Assembly: GCA_963715985.1 (NCBI GenBank) | Contig: CAVQSP010000006.1 | Span: 1-19,695, forward strand | Length of the DNA stretch: 19,695 nucleotides | DNA from: an uncultured Thermoleophilia bacterium | Lineage (GTDB): Bacteria > Actinomycetota > Thermoleophilia > UBA2241 | Direction of reading: 5' to 3' | Shown here: in pieces, positions 9,775 through 17,586 of the stretch | Layout: each line of letters opens with the position of its first letter | Position numbering within the stretch: position 1 is the stretch's first letter | Program-made: the position numbers and the translations under genes | The notes under the pieces: generated by a model | Seen by the model: only the letters and a program-made list of their open reading frames with translations | Databases searched by the model: none | Told to the model about the DNA's origin: nothing

Positions 9775-11015
9775 CGGGGAGGCGCGGCCCTGCCGCGGGC
9801 GCCGCCACGCTGCGCCCGCATGGCAGGGTGATCCCCGGCGCCTGCCCGCGCGGGCTCCGGCGCGCCTACGACGTCGTCATCGTCGGCGCCGGTGTCCAGG
9901 GTCTGGCCCTGGCGTACGACCTGGCGCGGCGCGGCATCGGCCGCGTGGCGGTGCTCGACGCCGCCTATCCGGGCGCCGGGGCGAGCGGCCGCAACGGCGA
10001 GCTCATCCGCTCCGCCTTCGCGTCTCCCGAGTGGATCGGCCTCTTCGACGATAGCCTGCAGCGCTGGCGCACGCTCTCGGCGGAGCTCGACTTCAACGTG
10101 CTCTTCACGCCGTCGGGCTACCTGGTCCTTGCCGGAAGCGACGAGGAGCTCGCCGCCTTCCGGGGGCACGTCCGCCGGCAGCACGAGTCGGGGCTGCGCA
10201 CCCGGGTATTGGACGCCGCCGAGACGCGCGAGGCGGCGCCGGCCCTGGCCTCCGGCCTGGCCCGCGGCGCCATGTACCAGCCGGACGCCGGCTTCGCCCA
10301 CCACGACGCCGTGGTGTGGGCCTACGCCGCGGCTGCGTCGCGGCTCGGCGCCGAGATCCACCCGTACACCGAGGTGACCGGCGTGGAGACCTCGGCCGGC
10401 GCCGTGACCGGCGTGTCCACGCCACGCGGCCACGTGGCTGCACCGATCGTCGTTGATGCCGCCGGCGGCATGGCCGCGGACCTCGCCCGCCTCGCCGGCG
10501 TGGAGCTGCCGCTGCGGAGCTTCGTCCTGGAGGCGATGGTGACGGAGCCCCTGCGTCCGTTTCTGCGTCCCGCCGTCAGCTCTCCCGCGCACCTCGCCTA
10601 CGGCCACCAGACGACGCGCGGCGAGTTCGTCGGCGGCGCGGAGCCGCGGCGCGCGCGAGGGGGGCAGAGCTTGCGCGCCTCGCTCGCCGGAGCGCGTGAC
10701 ATGGCGGCGAAGTTCACGCAGATCTTCCCGGCGCTGGCCGGTGCTCGCATGATGCGCCAGTGGGCGGGTGTGGTGTCCCAGACCGAGGATGCCGCCCCGC
10801 TGCTTGGGCGGGTACCCGAGCTCGAGGGCCTGGTGCTCGACTGCGGCTGGGTCTACGGGTTCATGGGTGCGCCGGCCGGCGCGACTCTGCTGGGCGAGCT
10901 GATCGCCACCGGCCGGGCGCCGGCGCTGCTCACCCGTTTCGGGCTCGAGCGCCTGCGCCGCGGCGACCTCATCTTCGAGCCCTCCCTGGTCGTGAGCACG
11001 GGTGAGGACACGTGA
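9771..11015 (+). CDS. FAD-dependent oxidoreductase, DAO family (sarcosine oxidase beta/proline dehydrogenase beta-like)
   Basis: YDVVIVGAGVQGLALAY, GASGRNGELIR, GYLVLA, RQWAG, D..PLLG, CGW.YGFMGAPAG; GTGA overlaps at both ends. Confidence 0.9.
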   Translation: MTGRRGPAAGAATLRPHGRVIPGACPRGLRRAYDVVIVGAGVQGLALAYDLARRGIGRVAVLDAAYPGAGASGRNGELIRSAFASPEWIGLFDDSLQRWRTLSAELDFNVLFTPSGYLVLAGSDEELAAFRGHVRRQHESGLRTRVLDAAETREAAPALASGLARGAMYQPDAGFAHHDAVVWAYAAAASRLGAEIHPYTEVTGVETSAGAVTGVSTPRGHVAAPIVVDAAGGMAADLARLAGVELPLRSFVLEAMVTEPLRPFLRPAVSSPAHLAYGHQTTRGEFVGGAEPRRARGGQSLRASLAGARDMAAKFTQIFPALAGARMMRQWAGVVSQTEDAAPLLGRVPELEGLVLDCGWVYGFMGAPAGATLLGELIATGRAPALLTRFGLERLRRGDLIFEPSLVVSTGEDT

Positions 11016-12484
11016 AGACCGGGCGGGATCCGGGGGCCGGCCGGCCGGCCCGCGATGAGGGGTCCGGCGCCCTGCGCATACGGGAGGCCGGAGCGGAGCG
11101 GCGGCCCGTCCGTTTCGTCTTCGACGGCCGCCCCATCGTTGCGCTCGAGGGCGACACCGTCGCGGCCGCGCTCGTCGCGCACGGCGTGCGCGTGTTCGGG
11201 CGCAGCTCCAAGTATCACCGCCCCCGCGGCCTGCGCTGCGGCAACGGCACCTGCTCCTGCTGCGCCATGCGCGTGGACGGGCTCCCCGGGGTGCGCACCT
11301 GCGTCACGCCCGTGCGGGAGGGCATGGTCGTGGAGCGGGAGCACGCGTGGCCGTCGGCGGAGTTCGACCTGATGCGCGGCGGCGAGCTGGCCGCGCCGCT
11401 GCTGCACGCGGGCTTCTACTACCGCTGGTTCCGCCGCTCTCCGCGCCTCTGGAGCACCGCCGAGCGCCTCCTGGCCCGTGCCGCCGGCCAGGGTGACCTG
11501 CCGAGCGCCGAGGCGGCGCGGCGGCTGGCCGGGGCGCGTCTGCGCCGGCGCGCCGGTGTCGGCGTGCTGGTGGTCGGCGGCGGGCCGGCCGGTCTCAGCG
11601 CTGCTTTGGCGGCCGCGGAGGGCGGAGCGGAGGTGGTGCTCGCCGAGAGGCATCCCGCTCTGGGCGGCGCGGCGGCCCCCACGGGCTCCGGCCGAGATCG
11701 CGCCGAGGTCCTCGAGCGCGCCGTGCGGCAGCATCCGCGCGTGGAGGTGCTCGCCCCGGCCGAGGTGGCGGGCTGGTACGACGAGGGCGTGGTCGCCCTG
11801 ACCGACGGCGACGACCTCGTGCTGATGGAGCCGGCGGCCGTGGTGCTGGCCGCCGGCGCGCACGAGCTGCTCCTGCCGTTCCGCGGCGGCGACCTGCCCG
11901 GCGTCATCGCCGCCGGCGCCGCCCGCAGGCTGCTTCGCGGCGGCGTGCGGCCGGGGCGCGCCGTCGTGCTCGTCACCGACCGCAGCGACGGGTACGCCCT
12001 GGCGGCCGAGCTCACGGCGCACGGTGTGGCGGTGGCGGCCGTCGCCGATCGCCGGCCGGCGCGCCAGGTGGCGGCGGACGAGCGCCTGGGCCTCGAGTCG
12101 TTGGGCATCCCCCTTCACACGGGCCTGCGCGACATGATCGGGCATGGCAGGACGTCTGTGGGCGCCGTCTCGCTCGTACTCCGGGACGACGACCGCGCAC
12201 GGCCGCAGACCGCGCGCATCGCCTGCGACGTCGTGTGCGTGGCGGCCGGCGGGCGTCCAGCAGCGGAGCTCGCCCGGCAGGCGCTTGCCGAGGGGCACTT
12301 CGCGCTCGCGCCGGTGACCCTCGACGGCTCCGCTGCCTCCACGGTGCTCGCTGCGCGCGGCCCCCGCCTCTTCCTCGCCGGCGCCGCGAACGGCTGCGGG
12401 TCGGCGGCGGAGGCGGCCGCGGACGGCGAACACGCCGGTCGCGCGGCCGCCTCGTGCTCGCCGACGGAACCTCGGCGGCCCTAG
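11012..12484 (+). CDS. [2Fe-2S] domain plus pyridine nucleotide-disulfide oxidoreductase-type subunit (sarcosine oxidase alpha N-terminal/proline dehydrogenase alpha-like)
   Basis: GDTVAAAL...FGRSSKYHRPRGLRCGNGTCSCC...RTC, GFYY, VLVVGGGPAGLSAA, VVLAAGAHE..LPF.GGDLPGV; no folate-binding (GcvT) C-terminus. Confidence 0.88.
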   Translation: MKTGRDPGAGRPARDEGSGALRIREAGAERRPVRFVFDGRPIVALEGDTVAAALVAHGVRVFGRSSKYHRPRGLRCGNGTCSCCAMRVDGLPGVRTCVTPVREGMVVEREHAWPSAEFDLMRGGELAAPLLHAGFYYRWFRRSPRLWSTAERLLARAAGQGDLPSAEAARRLAGARLRRRAGVGVLVVGGGPAGLSAALAAAEGGAEVVLAERHPALGGAAAPTGSGRDRAEVLERAVRQHPRVEVLAPAEVAGWYDEGVVALTDGDDLVLMEPAAVVLAAGAHELLLPFRGGDLPGVIAAGAARRLLRGGVRPGRAVVLVTDRSDGYALAAELTAHGVAVAAVADRRPARQVAADERLGLESLGIPLHTGLRDMIGHGRTSVGAVSLVLRDDDRARPQTARIACDVVCVAAGGRPAAELARQALAEGHFALAPVTLDGSAASTVLAARGPRLFLAGAANGCGSAAEAAADGEHAGRAAASCSPTEPRRP

Positions 12485-12581
12485 CGGCTCAGAGGAGACC
12501 CGGCCGAGCGCTCGAGGCGGGAGTCGCCGTGAGCAGGCGAGCGGTGGCGCCGCCCGCGAGGCCGGAGGGGCTCCCGGCCCG

Positions 12582-12977
12582 TCAGCTCGGGCAGAGAGCC
12601 TCGACCTTCGCCAGAAGCAGCTCGGGGACGACCGGCTTCTCCACGAACTCCTGCACGGGGAGCCATGCTTCGTCCAGGTCCTTGTTCGTGAACTTGCCGA
12701 CGTAGATGCCGGCCTCGTTGACGGCGGTGAGCATGAGGCGCGGCAGGGCCGTTGTGCGTTCGTCGGCCTGAAGGTCACGCGCCATCTTGAACCCGGCGCC
12801 CGTGTCCTCGGGGAGCATGACGTCGATGATCACCAGGTCGGCGCCGAACTCGACGACGTTGTCGACGACGTCCTTGTCGTCGTTCTGGGACCCGACCACG
12901 TAGCCGTTGCTCTCGAGGACCATCGAGACCGACTCCACGATGCTCGGTTCATCGTCGATGACGTAGACTCGCTTCAC
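12582..12977 (-). CDS. Single-domain response regulator receiver (CheY-like)
   Basis: VYVIDDE, LVIIDVMLP, MLTA and FVEKP all intact; GGAGG RBS before GTG. Confidence 0.93.
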   Translation of the reverse strand: MKRVYVIDDEPSIVESVSMVLESNGYVVGSQNDDKDVVDNVVEFGADLVIIDVMLPEDTGAGFKMARDLQADERTTALPRLMLTAVNEAGIYVGKFTNKDLDEAWLPVQEFVEKPVVPELLLAKVEALCPS

Positions 12978-12990
12978 GACATACCTCCAT

Positions 12991-14133
12991 TTGAATGTCG
13001 GGCTCGGACACTCTCTCCGGCCCAGCTATCATAGCCGCCGTCGAACAGGGACAGGACAGGATGGAACAGGACAGGAGGGACAGGACACGTACATCATCGC
13101 CCTGGTGGGCGCAGGAGATCAGGGCCTCGCGATCCTCAGGGCGCTCCTCGGCGTACCCGGGGTCGAGGTCCGCTACGTGTTCGACTCGGACCCTGCGGCC
13201 CCGGGGGTGGCACTCGCCCGCGAGAACGGCATCCGCTGCCGGACCGACGGTCGCTTCGACGAACTCACCGGCGACGGCGAGGTCGACCTCGTCCTCGAGA
13301 CCGGCGGCGACGCGGACGTGCTCGCGGTGCTCGAGGCGAGCACACACCCGGACAGCTGCCTGATCGGCGCCGCCGGCACGCGCTTCATCGCTCGCCTGCT
13401 CGCCGAGATCGACGCCGTCGGCGAGCGTGCGAACGTCGAGAAGGCCCGCTACCTGAGGCAGGCCTCGCATCAGGTCAAGTCGCCGCTGTCCTCGATCCAG
13501 AGCTACGTCAACGTCATCCTCGGCGGCTACACCGGGGAGATCCCCGAGCGCACCCGCGACATCGTCGAGAAGATCCACTCCCGCTGCGACGCGGCGCTCG
13601 GCGCCCTCGCCAAGCGGCGCATGCTGGCCGACCTGCGCTGCGTCGACCGCGACGGCCTCGAGATGAGCACCGTCCGCCTCGGCGAGGTGATCGACGAGGC
13701 GGTGGCGCGCCACGCCGAGGCGGCCGCCGGGCGCGACATCGAGATCCGGGTCCTGCCGCACGGCGGACCCGACCTGGTGGACTGCGACCCCCCGCAGATG
13801 GTCGCGCTTCTCTCCGAGCTCGTCGAGAACGCGGTGATCTACTCCCACGACGGCGGCCTGGTGGAGATCGCCCTCACGTCGCCGTCGGACGGCCGGCTCA
13901 CGCTCTCCATCCGCGACCACGGCATCGGTATCCCGGAGCGCTGCCTCCCGCGGATCTTCGACGAGGACTACAGGGCCGACCTCGCGGTCAAACACCACCA
14001 GGACGGCGCCGGCCTGGGCTTGGCCATCGCCCGCGAGATCGCCGGCCTCCACCGGTTCGGGCTCGCGGCCGAGAGCGAGGAGGGGCACGGCAGCGTGTTC
14101 ACCGTGACCGTCCCGGAGGCGCCGGCGGCGTGA
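12991..14133 (+). CDS. Soluble sensor histidine kinase with N-terminal Rossmann-like (NAD-binding) domain; true start uncertain
   Basis: IALVGAGDQG...VRYVFD N-domain; H-box ASHQVKSPL, N-box ELVENAVIYS, G1 DHGIGIP, G2 GAGLGLAIA; no transmembrane stretch. Confidence 0.9.
   Translation: MNVGLGHSLRPSYHSRRRTGTGQDGTGQEGQDTYIIALVGAGDQGLAILRALLGVPGVEVRYVFDSDPAAPGVALARENGIRCRTDGRFDELTGDGEVDLVLETGGDADVLAVLEASTHPDSCLIGAAGTRFIARLLAEIDAVGERANVEKARYLRQASHQVKSPLSSIQSYVNVILGGYTGEIPERTRDIVEKIHSRCDAALGALAKRRMLADLRCVDRDGLEMSTVRLGEVIDEAVARHAEAAAGRDIEIRVLPHGGPDLVDCDPPQMVALLSELVENAVIYSHDGGLVEIALTSPSDGRLTLSIRDHGIGIPERCLPRIFDEDYRADLAVKHHQDGAGLGLAIAREIAGLHRFGLAAESEEGHGSVFTVTVPEAPAA
13045..13087 (+). repeat. Cluster of six ACAGG pentamers at the 5' end of the kinase gene
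   Basis: ACAGG at 13045, 13051, 13056, 13066, 13071 and 13080. Confidence 0.8.
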
Positions 14134-14207
14134 GGGCAGGGGCGTCGGAGGACCGCTCGATTCCCGCCGCAGGCCCGGCGTGGAGCGGCGCGCCGAAGGT
14201 TCGCCGC

Positions 14208-14663
14208 TCACAGCCCCGCCAGGTGTTCGATCGCCGCAGCGGCATACACCGGCACGCGCTCGCCCAGACACTCGGACAACTCGATCCCGCTCTCCATGTC
14301 GTACGGCTCGATGCCCATGATGGCGACGGGCGGGATCGGGTAGCCGGCGTCACGCGCCAGCTCCAGCACCTTGAGCACGTCGCCCTCGTGAGTCGTCAGG
14401 CCGCTCAGCTCCTTCTGCGTCTCCACCTCGTCCGGTGAGAAGAAGCGGTAGTCACCGGGGGGCAGACCGAGCTGCGCCGCGTCGATCACCAGCACCGCCT
14501 CGGTCTCGGCGTTCAGGTACGCCACCAGCCTGAGCGCGTCGGTGGAGAGGTCAACGGCCTCGAAGTCGCGGTCGAGGCCGTTGACCGTGACATGCTCCAC
14601 CACGCGCGGGCCGACGGCGTCGTCGCCGGCCATGTAGTTGCCTACACCGACCAGATAGCGCAC
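14208..14663 (-). CDS. Hydrogenase maturation endopeptidase (HyaD/HycI family)
   Basis: LVGVGNYMAGDDAVG, VLVIDAA, TTHE, IMGIEP; directly follows the large subunit. Start GTG 14663, or CTG 14672. Confidence 0.93.
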   Translation of the reverse strand: MRYLVGVGNYMAGDDAVGPRVVEHVTVNGLDRDFEAVDLSTDALRLVAYLNAETEAVLVIDAAQLGLPPGDYRFFSPDEVETQKELSGLTTHEGDVLKVLELARDAGYPIPPVAIMGIEPYDMESGIELSECLGERVPVYAAAAIEHLAGL

Positions 14664-14668
14664 CCTGC

Positions 14669-15985
14669 TCAGCGCACGAACTTGACGGCCAGGTAGTGCG
14701 TCGAGCACGAGATGCAGGGGTCGTAGGAGCGCACGAGCATCTCGAGCGCCAGTTCCATCTCCTTCTCGCTCTTGTCCTGCGCGACCAGTTCAGGCACGAG
14801 CTTCTCGAAGTCGTGCTGGATGTTGTTGTGGTTCTGGTTGGTCGGGATGATGCAGTTGCCGCCGAGGCACATGCCGTCGTCGTCGTAGCCGTACTCGTGG
14901 AAGAGGATGCCGCGCGGCACCTCGGTGGCGCCCGCGCCGGAGCCGAACTTGGTGGGCTCGACGAGCGGCTCGAGCTCGACCCCGGCGGCGATGAGCTCGT
15001 CCAGCAGGGCGACCGACTCGTAGACGTCCGAGGCGATCTCGACGACCTGCGCGACCGTGTTCATGTACGGGTTGGTGCAGATCGGCTGGATGCCGAGCAC
15101 CTCCGCCACCTTCTTCGCCTCGGGATGGAGCCTGTCGTAGTTGTTGTTGAAGCGCGCCAGGGCGCCCGCCGCGTAGGAGTCCAGCTTGTTCCTGGTGTAC
15201 TTGGCCGTGGACTGCGGCACGACGAACTCGTTGGTCACCTGCTTGTAGTCGGCCACCGGGTAGCGCTGCTTCGTGCCGTCGGGGAGCACCGACTGGATGT
15301 CGCCGTCGTACAGGCCATAGTCCTTGTCGTTGGACAGGGCGATGTACTCGGTGGGCCGGTCGAAGGCCGGCACGTTGGGCGCCAGCGCGAGGACCGTGGC
15401 GACCGTGGCCTCGAGCTCGGGCACGGCGGCCAGAAGTCGCTCCCGCAGCTCCTTGAGCTCCTTGGTGGTCGGCACAGCCGCCATGCCGCCGGGGACGACG
15501 CTCATCGGGTGGGTGGTGCGCCCGCCGATGAGCGAGCCCCACTCGTGCGCCAGCCTCTTGAGGCGCAGGGCACGCGCCACCACGTCGGCGTGCGTCGCGA
15601 CCAGCGGGAACACCGACGGCGCGCCGAGGAAGTCGGGGGCCGCGAGGAAGTTCACGTGCAGGACGTGCGAGTCGAAGTTCTCGGCGTGCTTGAGCAGCTC
15701 GCGGAGCTTCCAGCTCTGCTCGCTGACCTCGATGCCGAGCGCCTCCTCGGTGGCCTTCACCGAGGCGAGCGTGTGGCCCACGGAGCAGATGCCGCAGATG
15801 CGGCTCGTGATGCGGGCGACCTCGGAGTAGTGGCGCCCGCGGACCATGGACTCGAAGAAGCGCGGGGCCTCCGGCACCTGCCACTCGCACTTCTCGACCA
15901 CGCCGTCGGCGATGTTGACGACGATGTTGCCGTGGCCCTCGACGCGGGTCAGGTGGTCGACGCGGATACGAGCACTCGTGGTCAT
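14669..15985 (-). CDS. hydA: Group 3b [NiFe]-hydrogenase large (alpha) subunit
   Basis: TRVEGHG, L1 SRICGICSVGH, EVPRGILFH, L2 YDPCISCSTH plus cleavable tail YLAVKFVR; 438 aa; operon context. Confidence 0.95.
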   Translation of the reverse strand: MTTSARIRVDHLTRVEGHGNIVVNIADGVVEKCEWQVPEAPRFFESMVRGRHYSEVARITSRICGICSVGHTLASVKATEEALGIEVSEQSWKLRELLKHAENFDSHVLHVNFLAAPDFLGAPSVFPLVATHADVVARALRLKRLAHEWGSLIGGRTTHPMSVVPGGMAAVPTTKELKELRERLLAAVPELEATVATVLALAPNVPAFDRPTEYIALSNDKDYGLYDGDIQSVLPDGTKQRYPVADYKQVTNEFVVPQSTAKYTRNKLDSYAAGALARFNNNYDRLHPEAKKVAEVLGIQPICTNPYMNTVAQVVEIASDVYESVALLDELIAAGVELEPLVEPTKFGSGAGATEVPRGILFHEYGYDDDGMCLGGNCIIPTNQNHNNIQHDFEKLVPELVAQDKSEKEMELALEMLVRSYDPCISCSTHYLAVKFVR

Positions 15986-16735
15986 GAGGTGGCCTCCAGG
16001 TCAATGGCAGTGAACATGAGCGCCTTCTCGGCCGCCCGCTTCTGCGAGAACCCGGCGCGGTGCACCAGCACCCGCTCGAGGGCGGGCACGTTGGGGTGGT
16101 CGACGAACCCGCGGCACGCCTCGCAGGGGACGCCGTAGGCGGGACACGGCGCCGAGCATCCGGCGCGCGCGACCATGCCCATGCAGTGGTCGTCTTCGTC
16201 GTAGCGGCAGACGGTCTCGCGGCGCTTGCACTCCACACAGACCGGATAGTTGGGGATCACCGGCTCCTTGCCGTGCAGCAGGTGAGCGACGATCTGCAGG
16301 ACTTCGTACTTGTTCACGGGGCAGCCGTAGGCCGAGTAGTCGACCTTGATGGCCGCCGAGATGGGCTGCGCCTTCTGCGAGTCGAGGTGGGGCTGATCGG
16401 CGTCGGCGCCGTACACGAACTGCTTGTAGTCGGACTGGTGGTTCTTCAGCGCGTTGATGCCGGCGCCGGCCGCGCACTGGCCGTAGGCGATGACGATGCG
16501 CGGCGCGCTCGCGGATGCTCTCGAGCCGCGCGCGGTCGGCCTCGCGCGTGAAGCTGCCCTCGACGAAGGCGATGTCGATGGGCTCCGTCGTCTTCTCCGA
16601 CATCGCCTCGCGGAACTCGACGACGTCGACGTGGTTGATGAGCTCGAGGAACGCCGCGTCACCGTAGTTGGTGAACTCGATCTGGCAGCCCTCGCAGCAG
16701 GTGAAATCGAAGAACGCGACCTTCGGCTTGCCCAT
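15982..16735 (-). CDS. hydD: Group 3b [NiFe]-hydrogenase small (delta) subunit; one frameshift near 16503
   Basis: KVAFFDFTCCEGCQ and FVEGS in the first frame; YGQCA, YGCP, VCVECK and CMG...GCSAPCP...PCEACRG in the second; no Tat leader. Confidence 0.92.
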
Positions 16736-17576
16736 CAGAACGCCTCCTCGAGACCCTGGACGTCGGCGAACGAGAACACCGGGCCGTCGACACATACGTA
16801 CTTGTCATTGATCTGGCAGTGGCCGCACTTGCCCACGCCGCACTTCATGCGGCGCTCGAGGTCGACGAAGACGTTCTCGCGGGGGATGCCGATCATGTCG
16901 AGCTCGCGGATCACGAACCGGTAGAAGATCGGCGGCCCGCAGATGACCGCGCGCGTGTGCGGCGACAGCTCGACCTTGGGGAACAGCGTGGTGATGACGC
17001 CGACGTTGCCCGCCCAGCTCGGGTCGCCCTGTCGACGGTCTCGAAGAACTCGACGTCGTGGGTCGTCCGCCACTTCTCGAGGTCGTCCGTGAACAGCTGC
17101 AGCTTGGGCTCGCGCGCCCCGTAGAACAGGATGAAGCGCTTGAACTCGTCGCGCCGGTCGAGGATGTACTGGATCAGGCTGCGCGTGGGGCACAGGCCGA
17201 TGCCGCCCGCCACGATGAGCACGTCCTGCCCGCGGAGCTTGGTGAGGTCGAAGCCGTTCCCCAGCGGGCCGCGAACGTAGACCGACTGGCCCTTGTCCAG
17301 CTTGGTGACCGCGCCGGAGACGCGCCCGACGGAGCGCACCACCAGGTCGAAGGTGTGCTTGCGCGTCGGCGAGCTGGCGAAGCCGATGGGGATCTCGCCG
17401 TAGCCGAAGAGCGAGAGCTCGACGATCTGGCCGGGCTCGTACTCCATGGGCTGCCCGTCCGCCATCTGCAGCGTGAAGTGCGTCTCCGTCGGAGTCACCT
17501 GCACGCTGCGGACGATGGTGGCCTCACGAGGCAGGAAGATGTTCTCGACTTCTGTCCAGTGGCACTGGTGATTCAT
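16735..17576 (-). CDS. hydG: Group 3b hydrogenase gamma subunit (FAD/NAD(P)-binding, [2Fe-2S]); one frameshift near 17028
   Basis: EPGQ, GYGEIPI, VRGPLGNGF, VAGGIG, FYGAR, then ICGPP and ERRMKCGVGKCGHC...CVDGPVF. Confidence 0.92.
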
Positions 17577-17586
17577 CTGTCGCTCC

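Noticed and set aside
9493-12484. Canonical heterotetrameric sarcosine oxidase soxBDAG
   Set aside because: No soxD or soxG, and the alpha subunit lacks the folate-binding half.
14669-14730. [NiFeSe] hydrogenase or Sec readthrough
   Set aside because: The L2 motif DPCISC is encoded by ordinary Cys codons with no in-frame TGA.
1048-16238. Long antisense or alternate-frame ORFs (for example 1048-2409, 6935-8545, 10853-12778, 12949-14271, 14696-16138, 14790-16238)
   Set aside because: They are shadows of real genes in high-GC DNA, Arg/Pro/Gly-rich and without recognisable motifs.
3043-17576. Programmed ribosomal frameshifting in the hyp and hydrogenase genes
   Set aside because: The shifts go in both directions, lack slippery heptamers and are scattered across unrelated genes; sequencing error is the simpler explanation.
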